Part shown: positions 1 through 10,225 of the stretch, one piece after another
Numbering within the stretch: position 1 is the stretch's first letter
Layout of the letters: each line of letters starts with the position of its first letter
From: Octopus sinensis
Lineage: Eukaryota
Reading direction: 5' to 3'
Length of the DNA stretch: 64,000 nucleotides
Assembly (NCBI RefSeq): GCF_006345805.1
Contig: NC_043001.1
Coordinates: 98,704,001 to 98,768,000, forward strand
Notes under the pieces: generated by a model
Told to the model about the DNA's origin: nothing
The model's input: only the letters and a program-made list of their open reading frames with translations
Databases searched by the model: none
Program-made: the position numbers and the translations under genes

Positions 1-2821
1 TTAAAGTTGATGAAATATTTTTTTTATAAATGTAATAGAACTCTGCTATTAGAATGTTTTTTTTCTTCTTTCAAAATCTTTTTACATTGTTAACTACTGT
101 TTGGTAATATTTCTAAAATCAGCAACATTTTAGTCTCTGTTAAGTTTCTCTAAAAGATAATCAACTTTATTTCACATTATAGTAAAGTGATTGCAGATCA
201 TTCAGCTGTTGAATAATTTTCCTCCTCCTCTTTTTAAATCGTTTTCAGAGGAATGCCTTAAGACAAAGTGGAATTTGAGAGTTGACCAAGGTTAACCTTA
301 ACTAATCTTGGCAATTTGTTCTTGTTAGTATCTCTATTTTAGATCTGAACAAATTTATGATGAAATGCAATTAATCTTACCTTTCCTTTTTTTTTTTCCT
401 GCTGTGTAAACATTTCAACTTTTAACCCAGTTCCTATTTCATATCAGTACCATAGTTTTCCCTTAAACTCATTGCAGTCCCTAACTTATATTTTTCCATC
501 TTGATCTTGAGATAATTTTATAGTTTGTAAAGCATCTTAAATTGGTTAAATTAGTCACTTGTTACCCCACCTACCCTCTCACACACATATCTGTATGCCC
601 ATATAATTGCCTGCTTTAGAGTCTTAAAGTTGATTCTATCATAGTTTTACTTTTTCATTTCTGTTATCTAATTTCTGAAGCTTTAGAGAACATGAATAGT
701 TTATTTTTGTATGTCATTACTTAAAAAAACAAAATGTCTTTGGCAAAACTGAAAGTGACCACTTGTTCAGTAAGTTTCAGGTAATTTTTAGATTTTTAAA
801 TAGTCTATGATAATTCAAAGAGATAATTGGTTTGACCATATAGTCTTATGCAGTGTATTTCATATTGAAAATTCCTTGTCTCTTATTGGGAAAAATGGAT
901 CATTAAACCTTCCAAGTCTGGAAATCTTCCAGTTTAACTTTGATGCAGCCAGTAAATTTACTGTATTATGAATGCTAACTTGATGGTTGCACTGTTATTA
1001 TTGGGAAATCCTTTCATTAATTTATTTTCCTAAACATTTTAAATTGTCATTGTTTTGAATGCTTGGAACAAATATTTTGCTGATATTTGTTGATAATACT
1101 GTTTCCTTTTTTTCTCTCTCTCTCTTACCCATCAAATTTTAACTTCACAAAGTATTCTTATACACTGACACAAACAGAAAATTGTCAATCAATTAAGGTT
1201 TTGATATTGTGGTCAATTTCAAATGCTTTATTTAGTAACCACAAAGCTTGCTGCATAACCATGGCATGTATTTGTTGCTGTTTCAAATTTGTTAAATATT
1301 TGTCTCATCTTATTGTCTAGGCTGTAAGCTAGCTAAGTTTGTATATTAAACTAATAACAACATATGTGGAAAATGGTATGGAAACTCGTTTTTGTGTATC
1401 TGTCTTAGTAATGTCTCAATAAACACTACTTTAGATAGAAATTCTAAAGATATTTGAATTGATTGCTTACATATATAATGCTGTGAATAAAGGGATTTCT
1501 TAGGAAATTCCAAGGCATGGTAAAACCAGTCTCCTTATCTTAACTTCAGTATGCAGGACATTAGCTGATGGTGACCTTATTCGGGTTTCTGAAGATCTTG
1601 GAGAATTTTCTTTAATGACAACTATTATCCCAAAGGAATTGATAAATTTACAAAACTTGCTTTTAATCAATTTTTCTGTTAGATTAGATCTTTGTAGTGA
1701 GTACTTTATAATACAAACTTTTCTTTCTTGTCTTAATTTTGTTGTCTTAGTTGAATTAATATTCAACTTATGGTTCTCTTACTTGCATCCATCTACATTT
1801 TCTTTTTACAAATTTTTTTTTTAATTTATTTTTTTAGTTTCTGATGTCAAGTTAATATTTATTTAACATACAGAGCTGTGTCCATCATTTTATAAATTGA
1901 TTGGAATAGAATGAAATATATTGATGTATTTAAACCAGTAGGTCAGTGAAAGACCCACACTTTCAATAACTGCTAGTTTGAAATGAGACAAATTTTTTCT
2001 TGGCATATTTATTGGAACTACTGTAGTGGAGTTGTTTGTCTCTATCTTCAATTTAGTTGTTTGAAAGATTTTATAATGTCATGTTTCTTGGGTTTTGCTT
2101 CTACATTTCTTATTTCATGTTTATTGGATGTAGCATATTGTTATATCTCCAACAACAATCCCTACTAAAATATTTAACAGATTTTTCAATGAAATTTATT
2201 GATCTGTCTACTTGGTGTCTTCATAACTCAGTGACTGTTTAAATTTAATTTCAGTGGATACCTTATTTATTTAACATAATTAAATGTTAACTTTTACTCT
2301 GTAAATTCCAAAATAAAAGAAACTTTCCCCACCATTCTTAAGGATATAATTTGTTTTTGTTAGGATTCAAAATATATATATTATACATCAAGCTCTGAAC
2401 TACTTAGCTGGTGCTAAATCTAACAAGATTTCTTCATTGTACCAATTAAACTTAAGTTAGAAAAATGTTCTTTCTTTGCTAGGCTCTCCGGCTATAACCA
2501 GTGTTAAGACAGCATGTACTGACATTTCATTTATTCTATTTACATGGGGGTCTCATTTTTGTTCTTTTTTCTACCCCCTTCCATCTGTTTACAAGGTGAC
2601 TAAAGCTGTACATGGAATTGTATATAATATTTGCAATAAAGTAAGAAAAAAAAGGATTTTCTATAACAGTTTTCTTTGTTTTCATTCTAAACTTTAACTG
2701 AAATAGTGTTTTTTTTTTGTTTTTTTTTTTTGTGAAGTCCTGTGCTTAACAGGTTTTTAGTTCACTAAATGGTAATATTAACTTTAGAGGGATACAACCC
2801 ATCACTTTATAATGTTTACAA

Positions 2822-2960
2822 TTTACATTAGTTGGACTGGTGTCCTCATCTTGTTTGTTGCTTTCACTGTTTTAGTTGTAATCTCTAGCCATCAAGATGT
2901 CTTGTGGACACCAGTCCATCTAATGTAAACGCTACATAATATAAATTCCTCCTCTCAGAA
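2822..2960. mobile_element. Old short remnant of the Penelope-like fold-back family also seen at 27482
   Basis: 24-bp inverted arms TTTACATTAGTTGGACTGGTGTCC (2822-2845) / GGACACCAGTCCATCTAATGTAAA (2906-2929). It shares GTCCTCATCTTGTTTGTTG and an AATTCCTC.TCTC tail with the 27482 element. Confidence 0.55.
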
Positions 2961-3752
2961 TTATAGAATTGTGCCATCACTGTATGTTTAGTAAATTCCT
3001 TTCAGCTTTAAGGCTACCATTAAAAGTAATTGATTGACACAGGCCCACCTCTCTAACGTTTACTTAATTTTAGTTGTATTGAATATCTACAATATGAACC
3101 CCTGAATATATATATATATAACACTATGACAGAACCTCTGCATGGTCACTCAAGCTAATTCCATTGCATTAACTTCTTAAGGAAGAACATCAGTGTTACC
3201 CTGGAGACATTGTTTAATGATCATGATTTTGCCCAACAAGGGAGTGTTATGCAATCACTCAGCTTGTTTGGATAGCAGCCAACTCTCCTTCATGTCAATC
3301 TTGAAATATAGTGAGGCAGAATCTAAGTTTACATACTGGGCGATTCTTGCTGGAGAACATTTCTGATTCTATCAGTACAGTAAATTTTCCTGTGCCAGCA
3401 CTAAATCCGTAATTGCTTGACATGTAAAGTGATTGTTTTAGAGGGAAATAATGTCAAGCCATTATGTAGAATGAAAGATGACTGAGTTTGGATACATTTG
3501 ACATATAGAAAGATTTTAAATATTACCTACAGTAAGAAAAAAAAGCGACTGATGGTGGTATTTATTCCTTAAAGTTCATTTTATTGGTTTCAATCTGCCT
3601 TCAAGGATTTTAATCAATTTAACCTGGTACTTATTTCATCGAAGTTGAAGAGTTGCCTCCCCTTATGAATAAATTACAAGAACACACAAGTAAGCAAGCT
3701 TGCATATTTTTTCTAATATACACACTAGCAAACGCACCCGTCCTTTGGATGG

Positions 3753-4771
3753 TTTAAGTTGTTTGGTCTTAATTTTTTTCACCAACTGAACTGCCTAGAA
3801 GGTTTATGAGTAGCATGGCAATCTACGTTTCCAATTAACCTTGAAATGGAAAATGAAATTGAAGGCTGGTTATTGTGGAGGTTGATGCTCTTTAATGATC
3901 ATAGAGCTTATAAGTTTGCAAGCGATGCAAAGTAGAGCTGCTGAAGTGTTTTGGGAGTAGATTACGGATAATGACTACAAAATATAGTTGTTTTACATGA
4001 AAGCGCAATTTCTTGTCAGAAACAGCCACAAATGATGTAAAGAAGACATTGAAACTTCCCCTGTGTGAGTTAATTTTATTCAACAGCAAAGGGAGCTATT
4101 TTTTTCGGAGGGATAAGCAAACACAACCTCCTTTATTCACATAGCTTGTGCATAAACATCGAATGCTGCATCAAGTTAAATTGTATGGAGCTTTCTGAAA
4201 GATGTGTAGCTTTCACTAGTGGAAGCAAAACTCTTATTTAAAGGATGCTTCTCTAGGATTAATCATGTGATTGTTTAAAAAGGGCTTGAAAAACAATGCT
4301 AAAATGTATTTGAAACAACAGACAAAAGTTGAAATATAATGGATGGGTAAATAAGCATCCTTAAAGTGAAACAAAGGTATCAACAAATAGAGAAGAGGGA
4401 AGGTAACATCAACTTTCAAGTAACTCAGAATAGGTAAAGGTAAGCTTGCAAAAGTTTAATGCAGTTTAAATATGTAGATTAAGATAGTTTGGTATTGGAT
4501 ATTCATTGCATACAGTTCTAGTCAATTGAATCACCATTGTAGGTGGACTGCAGAATTAAATAGACAAAATCCTTTCACTTCAGCAGCTCTACTTTGCATC
4601 GCTTGCAAACTTATATGCTCTATGATCATTAAAGAGCATCAACCTCCACAATAACCAGCCTTCAATTTCATTTTCCATTTCAAGGTTAATTGGAAACATA
4701 GATTGCCATGCTACTCATAAACCTTCTAGGCAGTTCAGTTGGTGAAAAAAATTAAGACCAAACAACTTAAA
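3753..4771. repeat. 196-bp near-perfect inverted repeat (arms 3753-3948 and 4576-4771)
   Basis: Base-by-base comparison gives 2 mismatches (C3826/A4698, T3908/T4616) with a 627-bp spacer. Confidence 0.95.
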
Positions 4772-5220
4772 TAATTAAAAGGTATGGAAGACCCTACATA
4801 CAAAAAACTATGTCCATTTACATCCAATTACATATGAGCTCTGGGCAAAATGTTACAGTATATGACCACCATTGGGACATAAGTAATGTGCGTGTAAAGT
4901 TTATCGAAAATCAGTTGAGAATTGTGGAAATGTATGTGTTAGTCATACACACATACTGTGAGTTATATAGGTAGACTGGAAATAAATAAAATCCTTTCAC
5001 TTTTATAAAAAGTATGGAAAACCCTACATAAATAAAAATAAAACTGTCCATTTATGCAGGAGCTCAGGGCAAAATGTTATAGTGCATGGCTATCCTTGGG
5101 ACATAACGTAATGGATGCGTAAAGTTTGGTGAACATCGGTTGAGAATTGTAAAATGTATGCATTAGTCATTATACACACACACATACTGTGATCTATATA
5201 TATACTAGATAAGTGAATGA
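4520..5220. mobile_element. Tandem ~230-bp units of a Helentron/HINE-like non-autonomous repeat
   Basis: GTATGGAA.ACCCTACATA recurs at 4782 and 5012 and AAAATCCTTTCACTT at 4566 and 4988. The AAAGTTT...AATC.GTTGAGAATTGT motif followed by (CA)n resembles DINE-1/HINE-type elements; the family call is an inference. Confidence 0.5.
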
Positions 5221-5504
5221 ATCTTTGTTGGGTTCTACAGAGAATATTCAGTTGTTTGATCACCTGCACATTATACTGTAAGTAGCTGAATATTCCAGAC
5301 ACATTCAGAATCAATGTGACAAGGCTGGATTACAATCAATCTATCCAGTGAGCTTCCACATAATTTCAGGTTTGTGTCAACCAGTGACCATAGTAAATGA
5401 CACTTGCCCAAGATTCCACAGTAAGATCAAACCTGGAACTCCATGATTGCAAACCAAACTTCTTAGCCATTTGGCTATGCTACATGCATTTTATATATAG
5501 ATAG

Positions 5505-5905
5505 ATAGATTTGAAATTTTCACACAAGTCCAACAGTTTTGGGGAGGTGTAGATTGATTACATCGACCCCAGTGCTCAACTGGTACTTATTTTATCAAAG
5601 ATGAATGGCAAAGTTTGAAGTCAGAATGTACAGACATGAAATGTCATTTAGCATTTTGCCCAATGTGCTAATGATTCTACCATCCCACCACCTTGTTTTC
5701 AAATTTTGGCACAGGGCCAGTGTGTTCGAGGGAGGATGTAAGTCAATTACATTGACCCCAATACTCAACTGGTACTTATTTTATTGACCCCGAAAGGATG
5801 AAAGGCAAAGTCAACCTCGACAGAATTTGAATTCAGAACAATGAAGGATGAAATGCCACTAAACACTTTGATTGGCATGCTCACAATTCTGCCAGCTTGC
5901 TGTCT
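5505..5905 (-). mobile_element. Two tandem partial copies of a tRNA-derived SINE
   Basis: Repeated CTCAACTGGTACTTATTTTAT...GAAAGGATGAAAGGCAAAGTCAACCTCG..GAATTTGAA.TCAGAA; reverse complement carries a B-box (GAGTTCAAAT). The same family recurs at ~16880, 25520, 32150, 50700 and 60220. Confidence 0.7.
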
Positions 5906-6197
5906 TTATATATATATATATACATGACATGACAGGCTTTCACAGTTTCTGCTTCCAAATTTCATTCACAAAGCCTTAGTGAACCCATGGTTGTGAAGTA
6001 AATTTTTTAACCACTTGTACACCTATTATGTAATTAAAGAACGGCATATCCACTGTTTCTAAATTTGCTTAAGTGTATGTTTCCGTTTATACCAGGATTC
6101 TTTTGCTCAACATTTATATATATGATCCCTCACTATGTAAAAAATTTTTTTTAAAGTGCTTCATAAATGTCTGCCAGCTATTTAATAATTTTACATA

Positions 6198-6491
6198 ATG
6201 TAAAAACGTCGCCCTTTTCAAGCCTAGCCAAGCTCATGGTCCCAGTTTCCCGGTTTCTGTGGAGTATGTGTTCCCCCCAGCTGGACAGGACGCCAGTCCA
6301 TCGCAGCGTTACTCAAGAAACAGGAAGATAAAGTTCTGGCGAAAGAGTACAACAGAGGTCGTCACTCCCCCACCTCCTGCCTGAGCCTCATGGAGTTTTT
6401 AGGTGTTTTCGCTCAATAAACACACAACGCCCGGTCTGGGAATTGAAACCAAGAGTCTGCCGCTCTAACCACTGGGCCATTGCGCCTCCAC
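6198..6491 (-). mobile_element. Full-length tRNA-SINE with Deu/Nin-like domain
   Basis: 14-bp TSD AATAATTTTACATA (6184-6197, 6492-6505). The minus strand starts GGAGGCGCAATGGCCCAGTGG (A-box), has a GGTTTCAATTCC B-box, and its 3' part is CTGCGATGGACTGGCGTCCTGTCCAG...CAGAAACCGGGA. Confidence 0.85.
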
Positions 6492-6980
6492 AATAATTTT
6501 ACATAGGTATTCAATAATTTGCATTTGTTTAGATCTAAATGTTTTCACCATTCATTCCAAGGTGAATCAAACAAGTTTGATTTAGAAATAAATTTGTGTC
6601 ATTTTAGTAGTTCCTAAGAATAGAATTAAGCTGGAGAGGTCTAGTAGCTTAATACTGAGTTATGTCACTACCACCTCACCCCAGCTCATAACAATAGAGA
6701 AGTAAAGAAATGAGAATATTCACATGTGTAAACATTAAAACAGCAAAATAAATAAAATAAACTAAAATTTTGACTATTGATAGAAAGTCCCTCACGATCC
6801 AAATTTCTGAGTCAGTTTCAGTCATTGGTAGACACGTATTCATTTCAGCCAACGAAGGAGCTTTGTATATAATCAATTACTAAACTTGTTTAAAATAGAA
6901 GCTAAATTTCTCTTACCATCTTAAAATCAGAATAGATACATTAGTTGATATAGTCTTATGTATCTATCATATATATATAT

Positions 6981-7589
6981 CATCATCATCATTCAACATG
7001 CATGTTCCATGCTGGCATGGGTTGGCTGGTTTGACCAGAGTGAGTAAGGCCAGGGGCTGCTCCAGACTCCATTGTCTGTTCTGGCACAGTTACTACAGCC
7101 GGATGCCCTTCTTAACACCAACCACTTTACAGTGTGTACTGAGTGGTTTTTAAGTGACACCAGTACTGGCATCAATTCTGCTGTGATGGATGGGTCTTTT
7201 TGAGTATAGCACCAGATAGTTCGACCTTTTGTCATCTCCTTCATAACATTCAGTGTCTTGAGACTGGCCCTCAATACTTCATTTCATGTTTTCCTGGGTT
7301 TCCCTTCTCCACAAGTTCCATCTACTTTAAGTGATTGGGCACTTCTGTCTACATCCATATGCATCACATGACCAAACCAGTGCAGTCATCTCTTTTGCAC
7401 ACTGTATCTACTTCCTCTTATGCCCAACTTTTCTCTCAATACACCAGCATTCTGTTGGATTTGTACACTGACATTGCACGTGTAGTGGAGCATACTAGCT
7501 TCATTCCTTTCTAGCCTTTATTCAGAGCCCACATCTCAATACTATGTAGCAGTGTTGTTCGTATACACGCATCATACAATCATCCTTTC

Positions 7590-7620
<31 letters not shown>

Positions 7621-7845
7621 CCTTTGGTTACCAACAGAGGTAAAAGCTCTCTGAATTTTCTCCACCCTATTCTTATTCTAGCAATTACACTTTTGGTGCA
7701 TCTTCCCCCACAGCTAATTAGGTCCCCTAAGTACCAGAAGTTATCCATTACTTCTAAAGAGCCTCTGGAATATTTGAGAGAATCAAAACAGACAGTATCT
7801 TTGATCAGGCTGACCCCTGGTTTAGTCAATCTTAAGTCACAAACA
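6981..7845 (-). mobile_element. 5'-truncated RTE-clade LINE remnant
   Basis: ORF 7572-7829 reads ...DNFWYLGDLISCGGRCTKSVIARIRIGWRKFRELLPLL (post-RT RTE motif). A (GAT)n tail lies at 6981-6992 and an internal (GA)n expansion near 7595. Confidence 0.85.
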
Positions 7846-8344
7846 TCATAGTATCACCTTAAACCCCTCTAAACTGCAGGGCTTTTGTGTCAAGAAACAA
7901 AAAGAATGTGGAAGGTTTCTCTATCCAGTAACAGAAGAAATAGTAATCCCTAGATTTTGAGGAGACACAAAAATAAGAATCGATACAAAAACGGTGTAAA
8001 TGAACTGTTCATGTTTTACAAAGTAGTGTTCCAAGGAATTCAAAGATTTAGCAAGCAAGACATATGAATTTCTATGACAGCAAAATACATAATGTCAGTT
8101 TATTGTAGAAAGAGAAAATATGTAATAGTTTAGACTAAGCCTTCCATGGTCAAATTCCCTGTATTAATGGGTTTAAAATGTTAGCTAGTCATATGAGGAG
8201 GACATATTTAATAGATCTTGTCTGTTATTTTCACTTTAATTGTTAATAAACACCCTCTTTTCTTGACAGTAAAATCTAATTTCATTTAGAGAAAACTGCA
8301 ATTGACATTGAGAAATCCAACATGTTAATGCTATAATATCTAAA

Positions 8345-8680
8345 CTAACACATTGTTCCGGGTTCAGTCTCACAGTGTGGCACATTGGGCAAGTGTCTTC
8401 TACTATAGCCCAGGCCAACCAAAGCCTTGTGAATGGATTTGGTGGACAGAAACTGGAAGAACCCTGTCATATGTGTATGTTACTGTCTCCTTGCTTTGAT
8501 ATCATGTGACATTTGTATGAGTGCCACTGTCATGCAAACAGTGTCCTTTATTTCTAATCTTCCGTGAAAATATGTATGGTTATGGGAAAATATTACCTTA
8601 CTTGTCAACAGGTGGGGGTTGGTAACAGGAAAGGTATCCAGCTATAGAAAATTCTGCCTCAAAGAATTTCACATGGAAAT
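8345..8680 (+). mobile_element. tRNA/CORE-like SINE ending in an RTE-type 3' tail
   Basis: GGGTTCAGTCTC B-box and TTGGGCAAGTGTCTTCTACTATAGCC core, followed by GGTTGGTAACAGGAAAGGTATCCAGCTATAGAAA resembling the RTE 3'UTR (cf. 12408-12445). Confidence 0.65.
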
Positions 8681-8682
8681 CA

Positions 8683-9010
8683 TCATCATCATTGTTTAAC
8701 GTCCGTTTTCCATGCTAGCATGGGTTGGACAGTTTGACCGGGGTCTGGGAAGCAAAGACGCTGCACCAGGCTCCAGTCTGATCTGACAGTGTTTCTACAG
8801 TTGGATGCCCTTCCTAATGCCAACCACTCAGTGAGTGTAGTGGGTCATTTTTACATGCCACCAGCACAGGTGCCAGGGGAGGCTGGCATTGGCTACATTC
8901 GGATGGTGCTTTTTACGTGCCACCGGCATGGGTATCACAACTACAATGTCCATTTGATTTTTATTTTGATGTTGATGTACTTGACTCAATAGGTCTCCTC
9001 AAGCACAGCA
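8683..9010 (-). mobile_element. RTE 3'UTR remnant
   Basis: (ATC)n followed by GTTTAACGTCCGTTTTCCATGCTAGCATGGGTTGGAC, the reverse complement of the RTE 3' end at ~12490-12560. Confidence 0.8.
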
Positions 9011-9414
9011 TGTTAAAAAACAATGAATGTAGAGGAATATATTTGTTTCTAGAGCAGAAATCCTGAAATTTGTGGGGAAGAGTTAGTTGGTTAAATCAAC
9101 TATAATACTTTGCAAGTATTTTATTTTATTGAGTCTAGATAGATGAAAGCTGCCTCTGCAAGATCTGAGCCTATAACATAAAAAGCAGGAGGAAATACTG
9201 CAAGGTATTTCGTCCAATACTGATGATTCTGACAATCAATAACCTTTAGAAAAAGTTATAGTAATGTAACCAACTGAATTAACATCAGTATATTAAGGTA
9301 CCTATTCTATTGCACCTGCAACAATTAACAGCAAACACAAGCTAAAACAAGACTTGAACTCAGAATCATATACCTGTCAATATTTTAGTTCCTGTATTTA
9401 TGAACAATAGATGC

Positions 9415-9800
9415 ATGTGTGACTGAGAAGCTTACCTCCCAATTATGTAGCTTTGGGTTCAGTCTCATTGCACAGCACCTCGGGCAAGTGTCTTTTACTA
9501 TAGCCTTGGGCCAACTAATGCCTTTCTGAGTAGATATGGTTGACATAAACTGAAAGAAGCCCGTCTTATGTGTGTGTGTGTATTTATTTTTTTTTATGCA
9601 TGTATGTGTATAAGTGTGTGTTTGTCTACCACCACTGCGTGACAACAAGTATTGGTTTGTTTACATCCCCATAACTTAGCAGTTCAGCAAAACAAACTGA
9701 TAGGATAACTACTAGTCTTGAAAAAATTAGTACTGGGGTCAATTAATTCAACTAAATTTTTCAAGGTGGTACCTTAGTATGGCTGCAATCCAATGAGTGA
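9415..9800 (+). mobile_element. tRNA/CORE-like SINE
   Basis: GGGTTCAGTC B-box, GCACCTCGGGCAAGTGTC core, internal (TG)n, 3' half ending GGCTGCAATCCAATGAGTGAAA. Confidence 0.75.
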
Positions 9801-10225
9801 AAGGTAATAGTGACATCAGCTACATGTTTCCAAAGAGTCAATTATTCCTTTGCCACATGCTTGATGTCATGAATAACAAGCAGTTGTTTGTGATAATTTA
9901 TTCCATTTTGAGTTACACAATGTATTTTTTGTTCAAAACACCAATTTCCTGCTGGTGCACACACAAACATATAACATGCTCCCACATAATTCTTTTACTT
10001 GTTTCGGTCATTTGACTGCGACCATGCTGGAGCACCACCTTAGAGGGTTTTATTTGAAGAAATTCACCTCAGGACTTATTCTTTGTAAGACTAGTACTTA
10101 TTCTATTGGCTTCCTTTGCCAAACAGCTAAGTTACGGGGATGTAAATACACCAACATCAGTTGTCAAGCAAAGGTGGTGGGGACAAACACACACACATAA
10201 ATATATACATATATACACATATATT

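Noticed and set aside
381-401. 21-nt minus-strand microexon-like segment (QEKKKGK)
   Set aside because: Built on a simple T-run with a weak pyrimidine tract; no independent support.
1129-1164. Minus-strand segment with excellent acceptor and donor
   Set aside because: Stops in all three frames; it shows that strong splice-like pairs arise by chance here.
3753-4771. Interpretation as a long-TIR transposon
   Set aside because: No TSD beyond the self-complementary TTAA, no CCC/CAG-type terminus, and the right arm interrupts another repeat at a microhomology.
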